A stretch of DNA of 64,000 nt. It comes from Alphaproteobacteria bacterium. Lineage in GTDB: Bacteria > Pseudomonadota > Alphaproteobacteria > GCA-2731375. Below are positions 53,157 to 63,744 of this stretch, in pieces. The stretch lies in contig CBDDPY010000002.1 in NCBI GenBank assembly GCA_965232515.1, forward strand, positions 6,112,001 through 6,176,000, in the 5' to 3' direction. The notes beneath the pieces were generated by a model. The model was not told where the DNA came from and did no database searches. It saw nothing but the letters and a program-made list of their open reading frames with translations. How positions within the stretch are numbered: the first letter of the stretch is position 1; the number at the start of each line of letters is the position of its first letter. Made by a program: the position numbers and the translations under genes.

Positions 53157-54239
53157 ATGGCGCGCATCGGTCTGCACGGACTTCGGCACAGCTATCTGCC
53201 GCATCCGCAGAGTCCCGCCGACTATGCGCTGAAACAGATCGACCTCGACTGGGAAGACGGCGGCGCCTACGCGCTGCTCGGGCCGTCCGGCTGCGGCAAG
53301 ACGACGTTGCTCAACATCATCTCGGGCTTGGTGACGCCGTCGGAAGGACGGATCCTGTTTGACGGCAACGACGTGACGGCGCTGCCGCCGGTCCGGCGCA
53401 ACATCGCGCAGGTCTTTCAGTTCCCGGTGATCTACGACACCATGTCGGTTTACGACAATCTCGCCTTTCCGCTGCGCAACCGTGGCGTCGACCGGCAGCA
53501 CATCGACGCCCGCGTGCAGGAAATCGCGCGCATGCTCGAGCTCGACGACATGCTCGGCCGGCGCGCGGCGGGCCTGGCGCCGGACGCCAAGCAGAAGCTG
53601 TCCATGGGCCGCGGCCTGGTGCGGGACGACGTCAACGTCATCATGTTCGACGAGCCGCTGACGGTGATCGACCCGCACCTGAAATGGAAGCTGCGCTCGA
53701 AGCTGAAGGAGCTGCACTACCAGGTCCGGGCGACGATGATCTACGTCACCCATGACCAGACCGAGGCGCTGACCTTCGCCGACCAGGTCGTGGTCATGCA
53801 GGAAGGCGAGGTCGTCCAGATCGGCACGCCGGTCGACCTGTTCGAGCGGCCGACGCATACGTTCGTCGGCCATTTCATCGGCTCGCCCGGCATGAATGTG
53901 CTGCCGTGCGAACTCCGCGACGGCGGCGCCTTCTTCAACGGCCAGCATGTGCCGACGGAAAACACGGGCGACGCGCCGGCGGGTGCGGCACGGCTGGAAC
54001 TCGGTGTCCGACCCGAATTCGTGCGTTTCGCCGACGCGGGCATTCCGGCCGATGTGGTCCGGGTGGCCGATGCCGGCCGCTATCGCGTGGTCGAGGCGCG
54101 AACCGGCGATGTGACGGTTCACGCATTGTTGCGCGAGGGCGAGTCGGCGCCCAGCGGGGCGACACATCTCAGCTTCGATCAGAGCCGCACCCGCGTTTAT
54201 GCGGACGGCTGGCTGATCGACGGCGTGGGCGGGGGCTGA
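53157..54239 (+). CDS. glpT: Glycerol ABC transporter ATPase (glpT of the glpSTPQUV nomenclature)
   Basis: GPSGCGKT, DEPLTVIDPHLKW, VTHDQTEA. Confidence 0.88.
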   Translation: MARIGLHGLRHSYLPHPQSPADYALKQIDLDWEDGGAYALLGPSGCGKTTLLNIISGLVTPSEGRILFDGNDVTALPPVRRNIAQVFQFPVIYDTMSVYDNLAFPLRNRGVDRQHIDARVQEIARMLELDDMLGRRAAGLAPDAKQKLSMGRGLVRDDVNVIMFDEPLTVIDPHLKWKLRSKLKELHYQVRATMIYVTHDQTEALTFADQVVVMQEGEVVQIGTPVDLFERPTHTFVGHFIGSPGMNVLPCELRDGGAFFNGQHVPTENTGDAPAGAARLELGVRPEFVRFADAGIPADVVRVADAGRYRVVEARTGDVTVHALLREGESAPSGATHLSFDQSRTRVYADGWLIDGVGGG

Positions 54240-54242
54240 GGC

Positions 54243-55109
<867 letters not shown>

Positions 55110-55119
55110 GGGCGGCCCG

Positions 55120-55920
<801 letters not shown>

Positions 55921-55932
55921 GGAGGACGGGCG

Positions 55933-56214
55933 ATGGGACTGGCATGGATGGCCTGGACATGGCCGACGGCGGCGTTCTTCGCCTTCATCGTGGTCTGCAT
56001 CTCGGTCATGGGCCTGCTGGAATGGCGCAGCCCCGGCGGCGCGCCGCGGCACGGCATTCTCGGGCTCGACACGACGCGCGGCGACCGGCTGTTCATCACG
56101 CTGCTCGGCTCGGCCTTCATCTTCCTGGCTTGGCTTGGCCTGGTCGGCACGCCGCTCTGGGGCGCGCTCGCCATCGCCGTCGCCTGGGGCGCCTTCGTGT
56201 TCTGGAAGGTCTAG
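55933..56214 (+). CDS. glpU: DUF2160 small membrane subunit
   Basis: WMAWTWPTA.FF, TTRGDRLFI.LL. Confidence 0.9.
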   Translation: MGLAWMAWTWPTAAFFAFIVVCISVMGLLEWRSPGGAPRHGILGLDTTRGDRLFITLLGSAFIFLAWLGLVGTPLWGALAIAVAWGAFVFWKV

Positions 56215-56222
56215 CCCCGGAT

Positions 56223-56969
56223 CTAGATTACGGATTTGGCGATCAGAACGACGGAACTCGTCGCGGCGATGACGAGCATCAGATTGCGGGCCATCCTGTC
56301 AGAGATTAAGCCGCGGCATAGGCGTGCGAGCACATAGCCCGCGATCAGGCCCGGTATGAGTGACAGGCCGAGAAGAAACTCAAGCTTTCCGAACAGATTC
56401 TCCGCATAGAGCGACGCCAGCGACAGAACGCTGCCAATCACGAATATCAAGGCGATTGTCGCGTGCGCCCGGGCCGGCTCCGCCCGTTGATAGAGAACGG
56501 CGAGCGGCGGGCCGTGAATGCCGGAAAGAGTACCCATGAGCCCCGCGCAGAAGCCGCCCACGCCGGATGCGGTGCGGGACTGACGCGGTGCGAAACCGAA
56601 CTGCCCGAGGACGATCGCCGTCAGCACAATGCCACCGAAGGCCAGCCCGAAGGACGATGGCGAAAGCGCGCCGAGCAAAAGCGCGCCCGCGACCGTTCCG
56701 ACACAAAGTCCGGGCAAGAGCGTTGCCAAGCCGTTCTTGTCGATATGGCGCCGCGCCTTCGCGACCATGGCGAGGGACAAAAACAGCATCACGAACAACG
56801 ACGGTCCGGGTGCATAGGTCGGATCGATGAGCACCAGCAGCGGCACCGCGATCATGGCGAATCCGATGCCGGCCGATGCCTGCACGAAGCCCGCAACGAC
56901 GACGATGAGATTTGCCAGCAGAATTTCGAACATCGTGCCGGTCGGCATCGCGGCAAGCGATACGATCAT
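56223..56969 (-). CDS. TauE/SafE (TSUP) sulfite exporter family
   Basis: GFVQASAGIGF, GLMGTLSGIHGPP; about 8 TM helices; ATGA overlap with the upstream PLP enzyme. Confidence 0.88.
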   Translation of the reverse strand: MIVSLAAMPTGTMFEILLANLIVVVAGFVQASAGIGFAMIAVPLLVLIDPTYAPGPSLFVMLFLSLAMVAKARRHIDKNGLATLLPGLCVGTVAGALLLGALSPSSFGLAFGGIVLTAIVLGQFGFAPRQSRTASGVGGFCAGLMGTLSGIHGPPLAVLYQRAEPARAHATIALIFVIGSVLSLASLYAENLFGKLEFLLGLSLIPGLIAGYVLARLCRGLISDRMARNLMLVIAATSSVVLIAKSVI

Positions 56970-58003
56970 GAATGCGTTGATCCGGCCAACTGGTCGGCGT
57001 AACCGAACAGCGCCGGTTGGCCACCGGTATGCCAGAACAAGATTCGCCGGCCTGCAAGCCCGCTCGTCCGTGCCAGCTCGATCAGGCCGGCCATCGTCTT
57101 GCCGGTATAGACCGGGTCGAGAAACAGGCCCTCGCGCTGCGCCGTCCGTTCGATCGCATCCGTCGTGGCGTCGTTGAGCCTGCCGTATCCGGGCGCGAGC
57201 GTGCCGTCGAACATCCTGATGTCAGCCTCGCCGACCGCTACCTGCAGTCCGGTCAGATTGCCGAGATCGTCAGCACGTTGCGCAACACGCGCTGCTTGGG
57301 CCGTTGCGCCACGGCGCACGCAGATGCCGCGCACCGGGATATCCAGACCGAGCGCGCGCAGACCGTACAGCAAACCGGTGTGGGTGAGCGCGCTTCCCGA
57401 GGCGACGATGATCTCGTCCAGCGCCTCGATCGTCGCAAGTTGGGCGGCAAGCTCCTTGGCGGCCAGAACATAGCCCAACGCGCCCAACGGTGGACGGTCC
57501 GCCGCCAGCGGGATGACGTAGGGGCGCTGGCCACGCGACCTCAGCTCGCCGGCAAGCGCCGCCACGGCGGCGTCGGCGCCGGCCTCGTCCTCGCCCTCGG
57601 GATAGCTGTGCAGCACCGCGCCCAACAGCCGGTCGAGCAGCACGTTGCCATTACTTCGGTATACGTCGCTGACATCCGGGACGCGCTCCTCGAGCTGGAT
57701 GTGACAGGCCATGCCGAACCGACGCGCCATGGCCGCGGCCGTGCGGACGAAGTTCGACTGGACGGCGCTGGTGATCAGAATGGTATCGGCCTGTTCGGCC
57801 AGCGCCGCGCCGAGATAGAACTCGAGCTGGCGCACCTTGTTGCCGCCAAACGCCAGCCCGGTACAGTCGTCGCGCTTCACATACAAGTCGAGTCCCAGCT
57901 CGGCGCCGAGATTGGCCAGCGGTTCGAGCGGCGTGGGCGTATGGGCCGCCCGCGCGCGCGGAAACGGGCGCAACGCCCTGTCGATAAGGTCAAGTTCGGC
58001 CAT
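56966..58003 (-). CDS. D-cysteine desulfhydrase/ACC deaminase/CuyA-family PLP enzyme (paralog 1)
   Basis: PTPLE, KRDDCTGLAFGGNKVRQLE, QSN, LDPVYTGK, FWHTGG. Confidence 0.92.
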   Translation of the reverse strand: MAELDLIDRALRPFPRARAAHTPTPLEPLANLGAELGLDLYVKRDDCTGLAFGGNKVRQLEFYLGAALAEQADTILITSAVQSNFVRTAAAMARRFGMACHIQLEERVPDVSDVYRSNGNVLLDRLLGAVLHSYPEGEDEAGADAAVAALAGELRSRGQRPYVIPLAADRPPLGALGYVLAAKELAAQLATIEALDEIIVASGSALTHTGLLYGLRALGLDIPVRGICVRRGATAQAARVAQRADDLGNLTGLQVAVGEADIRMFDGTLAPGYGRLNDATTDAIERTAQREGLFLDPVYTGKTMAGLIELARTSGLAGRRILFWHTGGQPALFGYADQLAGSTHS

Positions 58004-58066
58004 GGCGAAAACTCCGTTGCGTCCGGGGCGCTTTCTGGTCGACGCAAACGTCGCTACCTTGCGGCC

Positions 58067-59092
58067 ATGAATCAAGAACGCATTGCCGAGCTCGAGCGCC
58101 GATTGGCGCGCCACCCGCGTGTAGGTCTGGCGCGGCTGCCGACGCCGCTCGAGCCATTAACGCGGCTGACGGAACACCTCGGCGGGCCGCGGCTGTGGGT
58201 GAAGCGCGAGGACGAGACCGGTCTCGGCTTCGGTGGCAACAAGCTGCGCAAGCTCGATTTCGTCCTGCGCGAGGCGATCGATGCCGGCGCCGACACGCTG
58301 GTGTCCGGCGGCGTGGTGCAGTCGAACAGCCAGCGGCAGGTCGCGGCGGCAGCGGCGAAGCTGGGGCTCGGCTGTCATCTCGCCGTCTATCACGGCCGGG
58401 TGGCGCCGCCGACCGCTACCTATGAGACGTCGGGGAACGCGCTGCTGAACCGGCTCTACGGCGCGGTGCTGCACGACATCCCCTGGACCGGCGACCGCAA
58501 CGGCGCGATCCGCGATCTGGCCGACCGGCTCTCGGCCGAGGGACGCCGTCCGTTCGTCGTGCCCTATGGCGTGTCGGATGGGCTCGGCGCGGTCGGCTAT
58601 GCGTCGACGATGGCCGAGATCGCCCGACAATGCGACGCATTGGGCTTTACACCGCACGCTGTGGTGCATTGCTCGGGTAGCGGCGGCACCCAGGCGGGTC
58701 TGGTGCTGGGCGCGTCGGTGGCCCTGCCGCAGGTCGACATCGTTGGCATCGACATTGACGCCGAGCCCGAACGCGTGCGCGACGATGTCTGCCGCTATGG
58801 CGCGGCGGGCGCTGATTTGCTCGATGTGGCGTTCGCGGCCGACCGCGTCGAGGTCGTCGCCGGCCATGCCGGTCCTGCCTACGGCGTGCCGCACGCGGCG
58901 ACCGCCGACGCCATCAGGCTCGCCGGACGGCTCGAAGCGCTGGCGCTCGATCCGGTCTATTCGGGCAAGGGTTTGGCGGGTTTGATCGCGCTGATCGGCG
59001 AGGGCCGTTGGACGCCGGACGACGACGTCGTCTTCATCCATACCGGCGGCGCGCCGTCGCTGTTCGCCTACGAGGCGGCGCTGGCGCTGTGA
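58067..59092 (+). CDS. D-cysteine desulfhydrase/ACC deaminase/CuyA-family PLP enzyme (paralog 2)
   Basis: PTPLE, KREDETGLGFGGNKLRKL, QSN, SGSGGTQAG, LDPVYSGK, FIHTGG. Confidence 0.92.
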   Translation: MNQERIAELERRLARHPRVGLARLPTPLEPLTRLTEHLGGPRLWVKREDETGLGFGGNKLRKLDFVLREAIDAGADTLVSGGVVQSNSQRQVAAAAAKLGLGCHLAVYHGRVAPPTATYETSGNALLNRLYGAVLHDIPWTGDRNGAIRDLADRLSAEGRRPFVVPYGVSDGLGAVGYASTMAEIARQCDALGFTPHAVVHCSGSGGTQAGLVLGASVALPQVDIVGIDIDAEPERVRDDVCRYGAAGADLLDVAFAADRVEVVAGHAGPAYGVPHAATADAIRLAGRLEALALDPVYSGKGLAGLIALIGEGRWTPDDDVVFIHTGGAPSLFAYEAALAL

Positions 59093-59658
59093 GCCCGACT
59101 TCGCAACCCAGGTTCGAGGCGGTCGACCCCGACCGCTGGGACGACCTCGCGCGCCTGTTCGAGTCGCGTGGCAGCCCGCATTATTGCTGGTGCATGGCCT
59201 GGCGAGAGAAGCCGCCCGGATTCAAGCAAGCCGACGCCAAGGACCGGAAGGCCATGCTGAAGGCGGCCATGTGCCAGCGCGTCGCCGACGGCGTGCCGGT
59301 CGGCATCCTTGGCTATCGCGGCGACGAGCCGATCGCCTGGTGCTCGATTGCGCCGCGCGCGACCTATCGGTCGCTGGGCGGACCTGCCGAACCGGGAGCC
59401 GAGGACGCGGTCTGGTCGGTCGCCTGTTTCTTCGTCAAGCGCGCCTATCGCGGCGAGGGCATGATGCACCGGTTGCTGGAAGCCGCCACTGCCCACGCCC
59501 GCCGGCAAGGCGCCCGGATCGTCGAGGCCTATCCGGTCGATCGGGATTCGCCGAGCTACCGGTACATGGGCGTCGTCGATATCTTCCAACGCGCTGGCTT
59601 CGAGCGTGTCGGCACAGCCGGCAGCCGGCGCCACGTCGTGCGCCTTGCGCTCGACTAA
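59089..59658 (+). CDS. GNAT acetyltransferase with CWC motif
   Basis: CWCMAWR, GILGY....PIAWCSIAPR, WSVACFFV, VEAYPVD; GTGA overlap. Confidence 0.88.
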   Translation: MSPTSQPRFEAVDPDRWDDLARLFESRGSPHYCWCMAWREKPPGFKQADAKDRKAMLKAAMCQRVADGVPVGILGYRGDEPIAWCSIAPRATYRSLGGPAEPGAEDAVWSVACFFVKRAYRGEGMMHRLLEAATAHARRQGARIVEAYPVDRDSPSYRYMGVVDIFQRAGFERVGTAGSRRHVVRLALD

Positions 59659-59670
59659 CCCGCCACGGGC

Positions 59671-61386
59671 CTATCCTGACGGCCAGCGGACGCGGCGACT
59701 GGTGGGGAAGCCGTGCATGCCATTGCTGGCGAAGGCGTAGGCGTTCGAGCGCAGCGGATCGCCGCTGACGACCAGCAGGATGTCGGTCGCGCGTTCGACG
59801 ATGGGCACCAGACGGGCGGGGTCATCGTTCTCCGCGAAGATTGGGGCTGCCTTGCCGGCCGCGACCAGATCGTTGAGCGTCGGCCGGCCGGGCACCAGGT
59901 TCGACCAAGGGCCGATATAGGTCTCGAGCTTCTCGGCCGGCAGGCGGGCGTGCCGGAACAGGCCGTCGCGCACATCGGCCTTGGTCAGGCCGGCGCGGGT
60001 CAGCGTCCGCGCCACCATCGGGCTCAACACCAACAGCGGGCGGTAGGTGCCGGGCGCGAAGCCGGCGGTGAAGACGAACTCCCAGCTGGTCTGCCGCACC
60101 AGGCCGTCGGCGAGGTAGGCCAGGATTTGCTCGGGATCCTTGCCGTAGATCGACCCGACCGTGCCGCCGGCGGTGAAGCGGCCGATGGTGACGACGCTGT
60201 CGTCGGGCGCGAAGCCGCGGTCGGTCCCGAAGGTCGGCCAGCCGAGCGCGGCCGCCGCCGGCTCGTGCTCGGCCAGCACGACCCGGAAGGTATGGCCGAA
60301 GGTGCTCTTGTCGGCCGCGCCCGGCAGGAAGCCGGCGACGTTGCGTTGGAACAGACGCAGAAACCGGCCGACGCTGGTGTTGGCGCGATAACCGTCCCGC
60401 AGCGCGCCGTTCTCGCAATTGAAGCCGAGCCGGCCAATGGCGGGGCCGCTCAATATGACCAACGCGTCGCCGCCCGTGGTGTCGCCGCTGTGCTCGATGC
60501 CGTAGCCGGGATCGGCCAGCACCTCGGCGATGGCGACCAGCACCGGCATGTATTCGGGCCGGCAGTTCGCCATGACGCCGTTGACGGCGACATTCATGAC
60601 GGTGGCGGCGGCGCCCGAGGGCTGCAGCACGCCGATTACGCGGTCGGGCGCGTCGTCAGTCTGCGCGAGGAACGCGGCCACGCGGTTCCGCGTGGGCGGC
60701 ACGATGGGCAGGCCGTCGCTCCACTGCTTTTCCTCGAAGATCCGGTTGATCTCGTCGAACGCGCCGCGCGCGACGATGCCGTCGCTCGTGGTCGGCGCCG
60801 GTTCGTTTCGGGGTGTTGGCGTTTCCGTCAGGCAGCGGACCACATCGGCGACGGTGACGGCCTCAACATTGCGTGTGAGTTCGTCGTCACCCTGGCCGTC
60901 GACATGGCCGACAAGGCGGGCGACCGGCAGATCGGCGATGCCGAGGCCGCCGCAGATCGCGCCGGCCTGGCCGATGAAACCGTCGCAGACCAGGGACGCC
61001 GTGGGAATGCCGGCCTTTTCGACAACCGCGCTTGCCCGCATCACGGCGGGCGTGCACGCGCCTCAGCAGCCGACGCCGGAAACGACCGCGTCTATGCCAT
61101 GTTCGCGCAGGCGGTCGGGCAGGGCCGCCAGCACCGCGTGCTCGTCGCCGCCGAAGGTCGACCCGAAGGCCTCGTGGCCGACGAAGCGCACATCCTTGGC
61201 CGAGGCTGCAAGGGCGTCGGCGATGACCGGGAAGATCTCGTCGCCGCGGAACATATCGTCCCAGACAAAGGCGATGGTCTTGCCGTCGAGCGAAGATGGT
61301 CGCGGCGCCGGCGGTACGGCCGGTACGGCCAGCGCGCCGCCCGGCCACAGGGCGGCGAATTCTTCAGACGATGTCGGATCGCTCAT
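59671..61386 (-). CDS. UGSC-family-like selenoprotein, 571 aa, Sec108 encoded by TGA at 61063-61065
   Basis: Tracked ORFs 61063-61416 and 59671-61044 share a frame and are separated only by TGA plus six sense codons: SGVGC-U-GACTPAVMRASAVVEKAGIPT; AAGGAG RBS before ATG 61386; WSDGLPIVPPT domain; true stop is TAG. Confidence 0.88.
61027..61065 (-). promoter_or_regulatory. Candidate bacterial SECIS hairpin of the UGSC-type gene
   Basis: After UGA: GCCCGC(+12..+17)-CGUGAU-GCGGGC(+24..+29); lower stem CGCGU/GCGCG. Confidence 0.7.
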
Positions 61387-61412
61387 TGGCGTCTCCTTGG
61401 GCTTGGCGACAG

Positions 61413-62198
61413 TCACGCCGCGCGGCTGCCGAGCAGGCCGCCGTCGGTCAGCGGCTCGATCGGCCCTAGGTCCCGGTGGTGCTTATGGTCGGGGCGGGCG
61501 GTCTTGCGGTAGGCGTTCGAGACCGGATTGACGATCAGCGAGAAGATCGCCCGGTCCCAGGGCGACATGTTCACGGGCGATCCGTGCAGCAGCGTGTCGA
61601 CGAAGATCAGCGCCGTGCCCTTCTTGCCGGTCGCGGCGACGATACCGTGCGTGTCAGCAAGGTCTCGGACCAGCGGCTCGTCGACGACCCAGAGCGGATA
61701 GCTGGTCGTTTCCTCATCGAGCCTGGTTTCGTGGCTGCCGTAGGCGTGCGAGCCGGGGATGAAGTAGAGCGGTCCGTTCAGGTCGGTGACGTCGTCGAGA
61801 AACACATGCAGGTTGAGCGCCAGGGGTTGCGGAACGCCGTCCTCGGCGTGGTGGGTGGCGAAATCGTAGTGCCACTGCCAGACCTCGCCGGAAAAGGCCG
61901 CCTTGACGTTGACCTTGACCTGCTGAACGTAGAGCGGCTCGGGGCGGATCTGCCGGGCCGGTTCGATCAGGCGCGGGTCGCGGACCAGCCTGGCATAGAG
62001 ATCGTCCCGCAGATGCAGGCCCATGGCCGTGCGCACGGCGCCAGACGCCCGCTCGACGATGTTGCCGGGATGACCGTCGGCGAACAGCGCCGGCAGCCGC
62101 GCCGCGAGCGCGTCGGCCTCGGTCTCGGAAAACAGGTCGGGCAGGATCAGAAAGCCCTGCCGTTCCAGGCGCTGCAGTTCCGTGGCCGAGAGTTTCAT
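61413..62198 (-). CDS. PhyH-family Fe/2OG dioxygenase (ectoine/proline hydroxylase-like)
   Basis: KVNVKAAFSGEVWQWHYDF, NGPLYFIPGSH, LLHGSP.N.SPWDR. Confidence 0.9.
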   Translation of the reverse strand: MKLSATELQRLERQGFLILPDLFSETEADALAARLPALFADGHPGNIVERASGAVRTAMGLHLRDDLYARLVRDPRLIEPARQIRPEPLYVQQVKVNVKAAFSGEVWQWHYDFATHHAEDGVPQPLALNLHVFLDDVTDLNGPLYFIPGSHAYGSHETRLDEETTSYPLWVVDEPLVRDLADTHGIVAATGKKGTALIFVDTLLHGSPVNMSPWDRAIFSLIVNPVSNAYRKTARPDHKHHRDLGPIEPLTDGGLLGSRAA

Positions 62199-62290
62199 GG
62201 GGCTGACCCTTGCCTTGTCGATCAGGTGCGACGGACTTGATTTTCCCGACATGTCTTGCGCAAATCAAATCATCGCTGCTATTCGCTGGG

Positions 62291-62304
62291 ATAGAAATTC
62301 TATA
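62291..62304. promoter_or_regulatory. LysR box candidate (palindrome, T-N11-A) just before the lysR start
   Basis: ATAGAA-A-TTCTAT perfect palindrome in the divergent spacer. Confidence 0.6.
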
Positions 62305-62308
62305 CCTT

Positions 62309-63196
62309 ATGAAACGCCGACTACCGCCGCTCAACGCCATTCGCGCCTTCGAGGCGGCCGCCGAGCATGAAAGCTTCGCGGTCGCGGCGGGCGAGTTGGG
62401 CGTGACCAAGGGCGCGGTCAGCCAGCAGGTCCGCGCGCTGGAGGACTATCTCGGATCGCCGTTGTTCGAGCGCCAGGCGCGGGGCCTGCGCCTGACCGAC
62501 GCCGGCCGGCAGTATCATTCGGCCGTGCGCAGCAGCCTCAATACCCTGGAGCGGGCGACCGCGCGCTTCGTGCCGCCGCAGACGCGGGCGACGCTGAAGC
62601 TCAGTGTGCTGCCGGCCTTCGCCTCGATGTGGCTGGTACCGCGTTTCACCGCGTTCCAGGCCCGGTACCCGGGCATTGACGTGCAGCTGTCGGCCAATGC
62701 CGAGATCGTCGACTTCGATCGCACCGACGTGCAGGTCGGCATCCGCTACGGCGCCGGCGGCATGACCGGCGGCGGTGTGCATTCGCTGGGGCTCGACAGA
62801 CTGTTTCCGGTCTGCGCGCCGGCCTATGCCGACGCCCAGGGGTTGCGCACGCCGGCCGACCTGGCCGACTGCCGCTTGCTGCATGACACCTATTGGCAGG
62901 ACGACTGGCACCGCTGGGCCGAGGCGGCGGGTGTCGAGCTGCCGAACCGGCACACGGGTCAGTATTTCACGCACTACAGCATGGCCGCGGATGCCGCGCG
63001 GGCCGGGGCCGGCGTGCTGATCGGCCATGAACGCCTGCTGGCGCCGGCGCTTGCATCAGGCGAGTTGGTGCGCTTGCCCGGTCCGGAGATCGAGGCGGCG
63101 GACGCCTATTACGTGGTCTATCCGCGGCGGTGCGCGCACGTCGCCGCGGTCAACGACTTCGTCGCCTGGCTTCGCGACGCTTTTGAAGTTTCCTAG
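62309..63196 (+). CDS. GcvA-like LysR regulator
   Basis: MKRRLPPLNAIRAFEAAA..ESF..AA.EL.VT.GAVSQQVR.LE, FAS.WLVPR. Confidence 0.92.
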   Translation: MKRRLPPLNAIRAFEAAAEHESFAVAAGELGVTKGAVSQQVRALEDYLGSPLFERQARGLRLTDAGRQYHSAVRSSLNTLERATARFVPPQTRATLKLSVLPAFASMWLVPRFTAFQARYPGIDVQLSANAEIVDFDRTDVQVGIRYGAGGMTGGGVHSLGLDRLFPVCAPAYADAQGLRTPADLADCRLLHDTYWQDDWHRWAEAAGVELPNRHTGQYFTHYSMAADAARAGAGVLIGHERLLAPALASGELVRLPGPEIEAADAYYVVYPRRCAHVAAVNDFVAWLRDAFEVS

Positions 63197-63744
63197 TTGG
63201 CGACCTTGATCAGGCGACCCTTGGCCGTGCGAACCGGCTCGCCGTCGACGGCGCGGACGAATTCGAGCTCCATGCCGGTGCCGGACAGCGTCCGGCGATA
63301 GACCTGGACCTCGTAGCCGCCGTCGGGATTGATCTGCAGCGCATTCACCACCAGCGTGCGTTCGCGGATGTGGGCCCAGATATAGGGGACGCCGCTGGTC
63401 AGCGGATCGCGCGCATCGACCGAGCGCCAGACACCGGGCCGTTCGGCGCGAAACTGCACGGTGGTCGATTTCAACTCCTCGGCCGGGTTGTTGGGGTCGC
63501 CCTTCTGGCGCTGCACCGTGTTCCAGGTCAGCGTGAAGCCGTCGCCCGACGGCTTGACCGTGACGCCGATGTCGCGGCTGGTGAGCTGGAAATAGAGGCT
63601 GATGGCGCTTTCGGATACGGCGTTGCCCTGCCACTGTCCGAAAAACGCCGCAATGTTGAGATCCGCCGCCCGCGCCGGCCCGGCGACAACAACAACAGTG
63701 AAAACAGTACCAACGAACCTACGAAGCCAACCCTTCGGACGCAT
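63193..63744 (-). CDS. Exported hypothetical protein
   Basis: Signal peptide ending ARA-AD; beta-rich mature region; start uncertain. Confidence 0.72.
   Translation of the reverse strand: MRPKGWLRRFVGTVFTVVVVAGPARAADLNIAAFFGQWQGNAVSESAISLYFQLTSRDIGVTVKPSGDGFTLTWNTVQRQKGDPNNPAEELKSTTVQFRAERPGVWRSVDARDPLTSGVPYIWAHIRERTLVVNALQINPDGGYEVQVYRRTLSGTGMELEFVRAVDGEPVRTAKGRLIKVAN

Noticed and set aside
52072-54239. Degenerate ABC motifs (YATSE H-loop; LAPDAKQK signature)
   Set aside because: Typical of the heterodimeric GlpS/GlpT ATPases, not decay.
57017-58066. N-terminal 350 aa of the 691-aa ORF, suggesting a fusion protein
   Set aside because: Antisense to PLP paralog 1; the real gene starts at ATG 58067.
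61063-61416. Reading this as a separate 117-aa gene or as a nonsense pseudogene
   Set aside because: Frame continuity, the UxxC context and the hairpin favour Sec recoding, though this still depends on sel genes elsewhere in the genome.
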